Positions 19,087 to 27,905 of a stretch of 64,000 nt of DNA are shown here, piece by piece. The stretch's first letter is position 1, and each line of letters opens with the position of its first letter. Location: the IMG/VR virus record IMGVR_UViG_3300007513_000009; one strand, given 5' to 3'. The notes under the pieces were generated by a model, which was given only the letters and a program-made list of their open reading frames with translations, was not told the origin of the DNA and searched no databases. The position numbers and the translations under genes were made by a program. The DNA comes from a virus.

Positions 19087-19509
19087 ATGATTATACAACG
19101 AATGGAAAAAGTAGCAGGTAAGGTAACGAAAAATTGGCCACCGGTGGGAACTAACTATGTTTATCGATTGGATTGGGATGATTGGAAAGGTCGTAAATAT
19201 TATTATTTTGGAGAAAGTTATAAACCACAACAGAGATTGAAACGACACCAACAGCTGTTAAAACATAAGTGCTTCGGCACTATTAAGATGACTATATTGA
19301 AAACATATAAAGGTCCGGATTGTCATGCTAAGTCTATACATATGGAGAATAAATTGATATGGTCACACCATTGGAATAAAAAAGGTTGGGAGTGGCGTGA
19401 CGGAGATAAAAAGACTGACATTCCACGGATGTATAATAAATGGACATTGACTCATCAAGGTTGGATTAAAAAAAATAAACCGAAGGTGTATGAGGCGTGT
19501 TTCAAATGA
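19087..19509 (+). CDS. GIY-YIG-like nuclease domain protein
   Basis: NYVYRL…YYYFGES…QRLKRH…MENKLI…YN. Confidence 0.55.
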   Translation: MIIQRMEKVAGKVTKNWPPVGTNYVYRLDWDDWKGRKYYYFGESYKPQQRLKRHQQLLKHKCFGTIKMTILKTYKGPDCHAKSIHMENKLIWSHHWNKKGWEWRDGDKKTDIPRMYNKWTLTHQGWIKKNKPKVYEACFK

Positions 19510-19586
19510 GAGAGTGGAGCCAAAATTTGTTGGGGCACTATATATATTAAATCGTTAACTTAAATGGGAAGATATTTATTATTGAA

Positions 19587-19868
19587 ATGGAAAATACACT
19601 AACAAATCCAAAAATAAACACTATTAGATTAGCTACCGTGGTAGATAGATTGATAGAATTGATTGTAGAGGATCCTACTATTGATGAAAGAACAAAAGAT
19701 TCATTAGAATGTATTACGGAAGATTTAGTGGATGTTATCAGTAGAGCTCAGTTGTTTGAACATAATGAAGAAGAATTGGAAGCATTGAGTTTTGAGGAAA
19801 TTAAAGAAATTCATATGATGAAACAAATTATGGATGATTTGATGAATGATAAGATTGGGCAAGCTTAA
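19587..19868 (+). CDS. hypothetical acidic protein
   Basis: ATATTTAT 8 nt upstream. Confidence 0.65.
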   Translation: MENTLTNPKINTIRLATVVDRLIELIVEDPTIDERTKDSLECITEDLVDVISRAQLFEHNEEELEALSFEEIKEIHMMKQIMDDLMNDKIGQA

Positions 19869-19881
19869 CGAATGAAATAAA

Positions 19882-20872
19882 ATGTTTAGTAATGAGTTTT
19901 ACGATGAACATTCATTTCCAAATGAAAATCATTATTTGGTAAATGGGAGTACAATGAATCAACTATTAATTGTTATTATGGGTTTAATTGAAGAGAGGCC
20001 CGAAATAAATGAAAAGTTTTTATTACCATTGGTGGAAAGATTAGTAGAAAGTGAAGAGATGAAAACATCAAGCAATTTGAATGAAATTTTAGATAGATGC
20101 GGATTAACCCTATATAATGGACAAGATGATGAAAGATAAACAAACCCATATAGTTAAGATGGATGATAAACAGGTTGACTTTTTGGTTAAATGTATTGAC
20201 ATAGCACAGGATACACAAAGTATTCATCCGGATTTAACGGAAAGTCAAATTATCAAACAACTAACCAATATATCACAAGCTCATGAAGATGATGAGTTAT
20301 CAGGATATGAATTAAAGTATGAATGAAATACTCAATATATTGATAATTCCAAATTATACACATTGGCACACCATAGTTGGGGTGTTGATTCTGATGGGGT
20401 TGATTGAATTGATAAATCATTGGTGGAACAATAGATTAAAATGAAGAAACCAATGAATTGGATTGAAGGTATGTCGTTGGAGTTAAAGGGAAAGAAAATA
20501 AAGGAAAGAATAAGATATTTAAGAAATGAATTAACTGCCGAGGGGCATTTGGATGGTTGGGTGTTAACAGGGTTAAAAAAAGAATATGAAGAACTTAAAA
20601 GACAAATTAAAATTTAAAAAAACTCTCCAAAGTCATACTCATCCTATAAAACCAAAAATGATTATAAAGAGTAAGTTGGATAAAGAGAAAGAAAGAAGAA
20701 ATCAAAAGATTAATTTGAGAAAAATGTTTGATGGATTGAATGACTTAAAATGAGTGAAGTTGAAGAGGCAAAATTAAGAGAAGAGATGATACTAATGTGG
20801 TGTCGTAATATAGGTAAACCATATATATTGAAAAGAATTTGGAAACGATTTATGGAGTGTATAGATAGATGA
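19882..20872 (+). other. run of small hypothetical genes (19882-20139, 20117-20326, 20319-20444, 20441-20617, 20750-20872)
   Basis: Short, mostly overlapping ORFs; several fall below the ORF-track cutoff. Confidence 0.55.
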
Positions 20873-21099
20873 ATATTCATATTGAATATTGTGGGGAATG
20901 AAATTACAAACCAAGAGCCCTTAGTTTAAGGGAAGAGTTAAAGAGTAAGTTCGATATATTTAGATTTGAAATGATAGAAAGTGTCGGCGGAGTATTTGAA
21001 GTGAAGTTAAACGATCAATTGATTTTTAGTAAGAAGAATTTAAATAGATTTCCCAAAGATAATGAGATAATAGAGATTATCGAAGGAATGGATCAGTAG
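20869..21099 (+). CDS. SelW/SelT/SelH (Rdx) family selenoprotein with in-frame TGA (Sec)
   Basis: MNIHIEYCGE-U-NYKPRALSLREELKSKF…GGVFEVKLNDQLIFSKKNLNRFPKDNEIIEII; TGA at 20899-20901 lies in the CxxU motif; GGAG RBS and ATGA coupling. Confidence 0.9.
20918..20932 (+). promoter_or_regulatory. bacterial SECIS-like hairpin
   Basis: CCCTT-AGTTT-AAGGG; loop begins 21 nt after the TGA, with G at loop position 2. Confidence 0.65.
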
Positions 21100-21359
21100 C
21101 ATAATGGTTATGTTAGCAATACTATTTATACTTTGTTTACTATTTGGATATCTGATTGGTATAGAAAGTGAAAAGTATCCTAAATGAAGCAAGGAGAAAA
21201 AATGAAGGTTATTAAAAAGATAAAGAAGAAAAATATGAAGATTAATAAGATGGGATATGATAGTAGGAATCATTGGTGGTGGGTAACTAAAGGACATAAA
21301 TTATATATTAGAGATGAGAAAGCTAATTGGAATTTAGATAAAAATGGTGGAGAAGGATA

Positions 21360-21569
21360 ATGAAAAAGAATAGCAAATTAGATAAATGTGTAGTATGTGG
21401 AGTGGATACACAATATAGAGTAGATGAACATATTGACTTCCGTATGGGTTATATTGAAGGATGTGGACAATTATGTTTAGATTGTTGGGATAAAATATAC
21501 TATAAACCGTTGATAGACAAATTGACAGAAACAGAAAAACAGAAAAACGGAATTGAGATTACAGTATGA
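21360..21569 (+). CDS. small zinc-finger-like protein
   Basis: CVVC…YIEGCGQLCLDC. Confidence 0.65.
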   Translation: MKKNSKLDKCVVCGVDTQYRVDEHIDFRMGYIEGCGQLCLDCWDKIYYKPLIDKLTETEKQKNGIEITV

Positions 21570-21772
21570 CATTCAAAGAATATAAAGATACATGGTTAAA
21601 AGAGAAGATATTTGTAGATGAGTATGGTAGAGACCACAACTTATCCGATACACCGATGACTATGATGAGTAGAAAAGATGCATATAATAAAAGAAAATTA
21701 TCAAATAAACAGATAAATAAAATATATAGTGATTGGATATTGAAAAACTATATGAAACACGCTGAGGTATAA
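21566..21772 (+). CDS. hypothetical protein
   Basis: ATGA overlap. Confidence 0.6.
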   Translation: MTFKEYKDTWLKEKIFVDEYGRDHNLSDTPMTMMSRKDAYNKRKLSNKQINKIYSDWILKNYMKHAEV

Positions 21773-22695
21773 AGTTATGAAAAAAAATAAATCTAAAGAA
21801 CCATTCCATATAGTGAATCGATATAAAAAGTACACTTCAACGGAAGGTTACTCATTTTGGGCAAAAAATGAAGAAGATGGTAAATTATATCTTCAACATA
21901 TGGGTTGGGGGTCAGATACATTGAAAGAAGTGAGTCCAAAATGATAGACTAAGATATACCTTATAAGAGTGGTACATATTCATTAATCACCACTCTTAAC
22001 CACAATTACCCACCTTATAATACTCTAATCATTACGATTAGGGTATTTTTTATATTATAATATAATCTCAAATATATATTGTCCACACACGCCGTGGTCG
22101 GAAAAAATCCCTAAGTTGAACAATATATGTAGATATAAAGCTTGACTTTATCAATAACTTTATGTATATTTCGTCCCTACCATAAGCTAGAGATTTGGAT
22201 TTAAAACCCAAATACTACGATAAAAGGGCAAAAAAGTTCCAAAATAATTAAAATAAAGCTTGACTTATATAGCTTTTTATGTGTATATTGAGGGGGGTAT
22301 ATATAAAAAAAAAGGTTAATTCATCACTATTGAGACTCGATATCGAGCGTGGTGTATATCTTTATATTGTTATAGTTAGAACTATTGAGATTGAGTCTCA
22401 ATAAGCCGTGGGGGGACTAACTTATGGTGTAATTATTTTAAAAAAAGTGAAGAAAAGTCTTGACTTATATGGTATTTCTTTAGTATATTCATATATGACA
22501 AAAGGAGAAAAAACGATGAACTTAGTGTCTCAAAGCCTGTCTGATTTATCAGATACCATAATGGGTGAAATAGTAGGAAAGGGCGTAAACCTATACGAAA
22601 TTTTTAATCCAATATATTTCAGAAATGTCTTGACTTATATTGCATTTTAGTTGTATTATTAGTTGTTCAAAAAAAGGAAAAAAAGGGAATTTTAA

Positions 22696-23844
22696 ATGAA
22701 TAAAACTATTGTAAAAATTGAGATGAGTGGGAATCGTTATAACGCGTACACTCAAAGTGGGGAGAAAGTCACTTCCCAAATTCTCACATCTACTCGAAAG
22801 TCTGCTTTCAATAAGGGTATGGCTTTGGAAAAAAGGGAAGGTAAAGGTGGAAGGGTTTATTGGTGGAAAGTACCAATGTCTGAATTCGATAATATAAGTA
22901 ATACTTTCGTTACACCACCATCTTCAGAAGTTGAAGTACCTACTGATCATGCTGAAGTGATGAATTTTATTTCTACTTCATATAGATTGAAACCTAAAGG
23001 TTTGGTAATGAGTGAACTTAAATGGAAGTATCTCATTAGGTCAGCCATTAGGGGTAAAAATATTATGATGACAGGGCAAGCTGGATGTGGTAAGACACTC
23101 GCGGCGAAGTCATTAATTAATTCACTCGATCGTCCATCATACTATTTCAATATGGGTGGGACACAAGATCCCCGATCTACTTTAATTGGGAACACTCATT
23201 ATAATAAAGAGAAAGGAACTTTCTTTTCTGAATCACTATTTGTAAAAGCTATTCAAACACCAAACTCTGTAATACTATTAGATGAGTTGACTCGGGCTCA
23301 CCCTGATGCGTGGAACATCTTAATGACAGTTTTGGATAGTGGACAGAGATATTTAAGGTTGGATGAAAAAGATGGAAGTGATACTATTAAGGTCGCAGAT
23401 GGTGTATGTTTCATAGCTACGGCAAACATAGGTAATGAATATACCTCCACAAGACAGTTGGATAAAGCTCTTATGGATAGGTTCACAGTAATCGAAATGG
23501 ACTTACTTAATGAAGAAGAAGAATTTGGATTACTTCGTTATATGTATCCATCAGTAGATGAAGGATTAATAACTGATGTATCTAAAATTGCCTATCTAAC
23601 GAGAAGTGAGTCAGAAAATGAAAATGCTAGAATAGGAAGTGGTATCTCTACTCGGACTTCGGTTGAAATAGTAGGATTACTTTTCGATGGTTTCTCACTT
23701 TTGGAATCCGCAGAAATCACCATCTATCCACAATATGATAATAGTGGTGGGGTAGATAGTGAAAGAACTTTCGTAAAGCAAATTGTTCAGAAATTTGTTA
23801 ATGACGAAAGTGGTGAAGAACTTTTTGATGAGGTAGAAGAATAA
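22696..23844 (+). CDS. MoxR/CbbQ/CobS-family AAA+ ATPase
   Basis: Walker A GQAGCGKT, Walker B ILLDELTR, IATANIG, LDKALMDRF, ISTR. Confidence 0.92.
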   Translation: MNKTIVKIEMSGNRYNAYTQSGEKVTSQILTSTRKSAFNKGMALEKREGKGGRVYWWKVPMSEFDNISNTFVTPPSSEVEVPTDHAEVMNFISTSYRLKPKGLVMSELKWKYLIRSAIRGKNIMMTGQAGCGKTLAAKSLINSLDRPSYYFNMGGTQDPRSTLIGNTHYNKEKGTFFSESLFVKAIQTPNSVILLDELTRAHPDAWNILMTVLDSGQRYLRLDEKDGSDTIKVADGVCFIATANIGNEYTSTRQLDKALMDRFTVIEMDLLNEEEEFGLLRYMYPSVDEGLITDVSKIAYLTRSESENENARIGSGISTRTSVEIVGLLFDGFSLLESAEITIYPQYDNSGGVDSERTFVKQIVQKFVNDESGEELFDEVEE

Positions 23845-23888
23845 GTAGACATTAGTTTACTACGGTAAAATACCAACTACCCATCATC

Positions 23889-24086
23889 GGTGGGGACGGT
23901 TTCCTCCTTTTTCCTTCCCCACCATTTAATTTAAAGGAGACTTCCCCACCAAACCCCTAAGTGACACAATACATTGACTTATGGTTAGTGTATTGTATCG
24001 TCACGCCGACCCTAACCCCAATAACATCATTTACCACATATTTGTGGGTAATTGTCGTGTATAGAGAAGTGTAGTGGGGAATCTTC
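23889..24086 (+). ncRNA. candidate structured intergenic RNA
   Basis: Stems GGTGGGGA/TCCCCACC, TTCCCCAC/GTGGGGAA, GTGAC-ACAATACATTGAC/GTTAGTGTATTGT-GTCAC; no ORF. Confidence 0.5.
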
Positions 24087-24230
24087 ATTTGGTTGTCTGC
24101 AAGCTTGAAGTATCACTTTAACACGCTAAGCCTTCGTGAATAATATTCCTGGTTTTTCTAGCATAGCTTTTATATATTCATTATACTTAATAGTATGAAG
24201 AATAAATTCATTTATCTATAATGTTGAATC

Positions 24231-24265
24231 ACAGTACAAAAGAAAAACTTTTTGTACTGTTCTTT
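24231..24265 (+). terminator. hairpin, possible intrinsic terminator
   Basis: ACAGTACAAAA/TTTTGTACTGT followed by TCTTT. Confidence 0.4.
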
Positions 24266-24352
24266 ATAATTGTTGTAGCCTTATCCTTTATCCTACATAT
24301 ACCATACTATATAGAAGTTTATTAACTATTTATTCTGTATATTTATCTATGT

Positions 24353-24598
24353 ATGGAAGAGTATTTTCTAAAAAATTCTAACTCTAATATTAAGTTTATT
24401 ATCAATATGTTAGGCCTGTTGGGTGCTATTGGTGGTGGTTGGTATAAGTTAGAGAACAGAGTATCTGCGTTGGAACAAGAATTACAACAACAAGATAAAG
24501 TAAAGACTATACAGGCAGAAATTGAATTAATGAAGAGAGACCAACAATTAGAAGAACTGAAGTGGCAATTCAAATTAGACTCTCTGAAGAGGTATTAA
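24353..24598 (+). CDS. single-TM coiled-coil protein
   Basis: FIINMLGLLGAIGGGWY then heptad repeats; ATATTTAT upstream. Confidence 0.65.
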   Translation: MEEYFLKNSNSNIKFIINMLGLLGAIGGGWYKLENRVSALEQELQQQDKVKTIQAEIELMKRDQQLEELKWQFKLDSLKRY

Positions 24599-24601
24599 GA
24601 T

Positions 24602-25273
24602 ATGATTAAGTTAAAAGATTTATTAAATGAAGCTATAACACCAAAGGGTTGGAATCAAAGTAAAAAGTTTATTAAAATCCTTGATAGAGAAACAAAAAAT
24701 CTAAAAAAATATCATAACCAACAAAATGATGAGGATTTTCTAGAAGTTGTAGATTACATGCAATTACAATTAGATATGATAAAAAAGAATATAAGAGAAT
24801 CCGTAAATGAAAAGGTAAATAAATCAGATTTAAAATATCAATTAGATATGTCTTTAGATAATCTTGGTATTGGTACAAAAGCTTTAATCGCTATGAAACC
24901 AAAAGGTAAAGATTTCTTTTTAAAAATGAAAAGTTATATGTATCAAGATAGTATGGGAGATGTATTAAAAGATGCAAATAAAAATTTAAATTCAAAACTA
25001 AAAATAAAAAATTTTAAAAAAACAAGAATGGGTACTGAATTTGTAATTGGTGAATCCGTAAATGAAGGTAAGTTCTCAAAAGAACAAATAGAGATTATGC
25101 GGCACGCATATAGTACTCTAAGTAAAATGAATCCATCTTCACCCACTTATAAGAAATTTGTTAAGTTTTTAGATAAGCTACCAAAAGATGAATTAAAACA
25201 ATTAGCCAATGCTAAAATAAAATTTGTATCTATATTAGCAAAGAATAGACTTAAACCTGTGCAAGAGAGATGA
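24602..25273 (+). CDS. MIKLKDLL-leader protein 1 (putative internal virion protein; may read through to 25324)
   Basis: Shared leader and two internal ESVNE motifs. Confidence 0.75.
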   Translation: MIKLKDLLNEAITPKGWNQSKKFIKILDRETKNLKKYHNQQNDEDFLEVVDYMQLQLDMIKKNIRESVNEKVNKSDLKYQLDMSLDNLGIGTKALIAMKPKGKDFFLKMKSYMYQDSMGDVLKDANKNLNSKLKIKNFKKTRMGTEFVIGESVNEGKFSKEQIEIMRHAYSTLSKMNPSSPTYKKFVKFLDKLPKDELKQLANAKIKFVSILAKNRLKPVQER

Positions 25274-25323
25274 GGACATTCAGAACATCCGGCGGATGAT
25301 GATAGACATAAAGTGAAGAGATA

Positions 25324-25695
25324 ATGATTAAATTAAAAGAGTTATTGATTGAAGCAACAATAGCTTGTGGTGAGTGTCTTTCTTATGTTTGGAAAATGGG
25401 AATTATAAATCAAGATAATAAACAAGCAAATAAGAAGATGAAGATTACCTATGGTACTGTTCAGAATAAACATGTGTCTAATAATAAAAGATATAGGCAT
25501 GCTTGGGTAGAAGATGGCAATTTAGTAAAAGATTGGCAAACGATGGTGATGGGTGGAAGTAAATATGCTAAAAAGGGGTGGCCTAAAAAAGAGTATTATT
25601 CATTTTGGAAACCGAAGGTAGATAAAAAATTTACACCTGCTGAAGTAGCACATAATTGGAAAACTAAAAAAACTATAATGGGTTGGGATTGGTAA
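25324..25695 (+). CDS. MIKLKELL-leader protein 2; possible Cys-His-Asp (transglutaminase/papain-like) domain
   Basis: CGEC…RHAWVE…KDW. Confidence 0.65.
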   Translation: MIKLKELLIEATIACGECLSYVWKMGIINQDNKQANKKMKITYGTVQNKHVSNNKRYRHAWVEDGNLVKDWQTMVMGGSKYAKKGWPKKEYYSFWKPKVDKKFTPAEVAHNWKTKKTIMGWDW

Positions 25696-26015
25696 TGATA
25701 AAATTAAAAGATTTATTAAGAGAGGTTAATATAGGTGATACATATATTAGTTCAGATGGAAAATATGTAAATTTGGTATTTGATAAGTTTATGAAAGGTA
25801 AATGGCGTACAATAGGATTTGATTTGGGACCACGACATTTTATTAGAGATATTGGAACATCACCTGAACATTTACTTGGGATGTATGGTAAGTTAAAAAA
25901 ATTATCTTCATCACAAAAAAATGCAATTAAAAAGATTTTAAAAAATCCTGAAGATATTGATATGGTTAAAAGAGATGGTCAAAATGTAAATAAAGTGTTG
26001 AAGGCACTAAAATGA
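25695..26015 (+). CDS. MIKLKDLL-leader protein 3
   Basis: Start at the TAATG overlap (25695) gives the shared leader. Confidence 0.75.
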   Translation: MIKLKDLLREVNIGDTYISSDGKYVNLVFDKFMKGKWRTIGFDLGPRHFIRDIGTSPEHLLGMYGKLKKLSSSQKNAIKKILKNPEDIDMVKRDGQNVNKVLKALK

Positions 26016-26794
26016 TTAAATTAATAGATTTACTATTTGAACAATGGACTAAAAGGATGGGTAAACCTTTAACCAAGGCAGAGATTACTGCACTTAAAAA
26101 GAAACTAAAAGCACCTTCAGTTCGTAAAGGTCCAAAAAAACAATTGATGCCACCTAATCTTTCCGATAGAGAGAAACATCATATAATCTTTGTAATGTTG
26201 AAAAAGACAAGAGATAAGAATTTGAAAAAGTTTGGTGGTGGTATTCAAAAACATTGGACTAAAATGTCTAAAGCAGAAAAAGAAAAAATAGGTAAATTAG
26301 GTGAGATTGCAGCAAGAATCAAACCAACAAAATTTAAAGATATTTATAACGCATTGCCGATCGATTTAAAAAAAAGAGTTTACAATTTAAAAAAATATGA
26401 TCAAAGAAGGGATGCCCATCCTGAAGGTAATGTATTGAAACATACCATAGCTGTAACTAATAGAGCATTACAAACAGGTGATATAGATTTCGCACTTGCC
26501 GCATTATTTCATGATATAGGTAAAGATGAAACAGCGGCACTTCATCCAAAGAAAGGATTTTGGACACACTATGGGCATGAGCATGTTTCAGCTAAGTTGG
26601 TTAAGAAATATGCTAAGTGGATAAAATCAATGGGTGGTAATGCAGTTGATATTTACTTTATAGTTAAACAACATATGAGAATGAAAGTATTTGATAAGAT
26701 GAAATGGACTAAACAAGAAAAATTAAAGAAATTTAGAGCATATGATAAATTGAAAAAATTCTCAACAACAATGGATAAGGGTGGTAGAAAATGA
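26012..26794 (+). CDS. MIKLIDLL-leader protein 4 with HD domain (CCA-enzyme-associated type)
   Basis: HPEGNVLKHT…AALFHDIGK…HYGHEHVSA…HM. Confidence 0.8.
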   Translation: MIKLIDLLFEQWTKRMGKPLTKAEITALKKKLKAPSVRKGPKKQLMPPNLSDREKHHIIFVMLKKTRDKNLKKFGGGIQKHWTKMSKAEKEKIGKLGEIAARIKPTKFKDIYNALPIDLKKRVYNLKKYDQRRDAHPEGNVLKHTIAVTNRALQTGDIDFALAALFHDIGKDETAALHPKKGFWTHYGHEHVSAKLVKKYAKWIKSMGGNAVDIYFIVKQHMRMKVFDKMKWTKQEKLKKFRAYDKLKKFSTTMDKGGRK

Positions 26795-27063
26795 ATAATA
26801 CTTTAACACTAACATTAAAAAAACAATTTTTTGATGAAATACTAAATGGTACTAAAACAATAGAGTATAGAGATATATCTGACTATTGGACACCACGATT
26901 AGAAAATAAAGACTATAATGTTATTGTATTTAGAAATGGATATAATTCAAATTCACCTACTATGAAAGTAGAATATAAAGAATTGACTATTGATAGGCAA
27001 TCTGTACCCAATAGATATGCGTTAGTATTGGGTGAAGTTTTAGAAACATCTAATATAAATTAA
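26791..27063 (+). CDS. ASCH domain protein
   Basis: LTLKKQFFDEILNGTKTIEYR…YW..RL…FRNGY. Confidence 0.85.
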   Translation: MNNTLTLTLKKQFFDEILNGTKTIEYRDISDYWTPRLENKDYNVIVFRNGYNSNSPTMKVEYKELTIDRQSVPNRYALVLGEVLETSNIN

Positions 27064-27085
27064 TAATTTAAAGGGGGCATATCAC

Positions 27086-27316
27086 ATGGGATTATTTGGG
27101 AACGACTATGAAGAAAGAATGAAATTAATTGAAGAAAAATTAATTCAACTTGAAAAAGATGTAGAAGCTTCATATTCGGAAATTAAAGAAGATATAAAAC
27201 GATTAAAACCAAGTTCTAAATCACCCCAAGATAATACAGAAACAATAACAAATTTGAATCAACGGCTTGAGACAATAGAAAAAAGGTTGATGATAGGAGG
27301 GTGGGCAGCAAAATAA
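27086..27316 (+). CDS. coiled-coil hypothetical protein
   Basis: ORF with upstream GGGG RBS. Confidence 0.6.
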   Translation: MGLFGNDYEERMKLIEEKLIQLEKDVEASYSEIKEDIKRLKPSSKSPQDNTETITNLNQRLETIEKRLMIGGWAAK

Positions 27317-27352
27317 AAAAACCCCATTAAATAATATAATAGGGGTTTTTTT
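27315..27352. terminator. bidirectional intrinsic terminator
   Basis: A7-CCCC-ATTA…TAAT-A-GGGG-T7 between convergent genes. Confidence 0.8.
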
Positions 27353-27364
27353 AGTAGTATTGGA

Positions 27365-27559
27365 TTACTTAGAACCGAATACCTTTGAGAAAAAGCCTTT
27401 CTTCTTTTTCTTTCCTTTTCCAACTTTTTTCTTTTTCTTACTCTTCTTCTTTTTCTTCACTTCTTCCATACCTGCCATATTAAAATCTGCAGCATTAGCA
27501 GTTGGAACAGCACTAAAGAAGATAAATAAAGATAAGATTCCTGTCAATATATTTTTCAT
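27365..27559 (-). CDS. small secreted Lys-rich protein
   Basis: Signal peptide (…ANA-A), poly-Lys tail, GGAG RBS on the minus strand, terminator downstream. Confidence 0.75.
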   Translation of the reverse strand: MKNILTGILSLFIFFSAVPTANAADFNMAGMEEVKKKKKSKKKKKVGKGKKKKKGFFSKVFGSK

Positions 27560-27638
27560 AATTGAACTCCATTAATTAATGTTCTATTTATAAATATAAA
27601 ACACTTGTATTAATAAGTATTATTATGTATATTATGAT

Positions 27639-27890
27639 ATGGTAGATAAGCAACTTATAGAAACATTAAATGATCTAAAGGTGATAGATACATTACCTTC
27701 CGATATAACGATAGCATTACATTCATTTATAACGGCCTGTGAGGGTATGATGGAATATGATTTAGAACATGTTCCTACAGAATATTTTATTGGATTGATT
27801 GAAACTATGGGTAAGTATCCAAAATATAAAGTTATGGCAAATCATTTAGCAACAGTTGTGTTAAAAGATTTGGGTTATTTTGATAAGTGA
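27639..27890 (+). CDS. hypothetical protein
   Basis: Follows a TTGTAT-N17-TATATT promoter; apparently leaderless. Confidence 0.6.
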   Translation: MVDKQLIETLNDLKVIDTLPSDITIALHSFITACEGMMEYDLEHVPTEYFIGLIETMGKYPKYKVMANHLATVVLKDLGYFDK

Positions 27891-27905
27891 TATTAAAATA
27901 CCATT

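Noticed and set aside
19498-19563. C-F-K-TGA (CxxU-like) at the end of the GIY-YIG-like ORF, with 17 open codons beyond
   Set aside because: The downstream hairpin is weak, there is no redox-fold context, and the extension does not couple to the next gene; probably chance.
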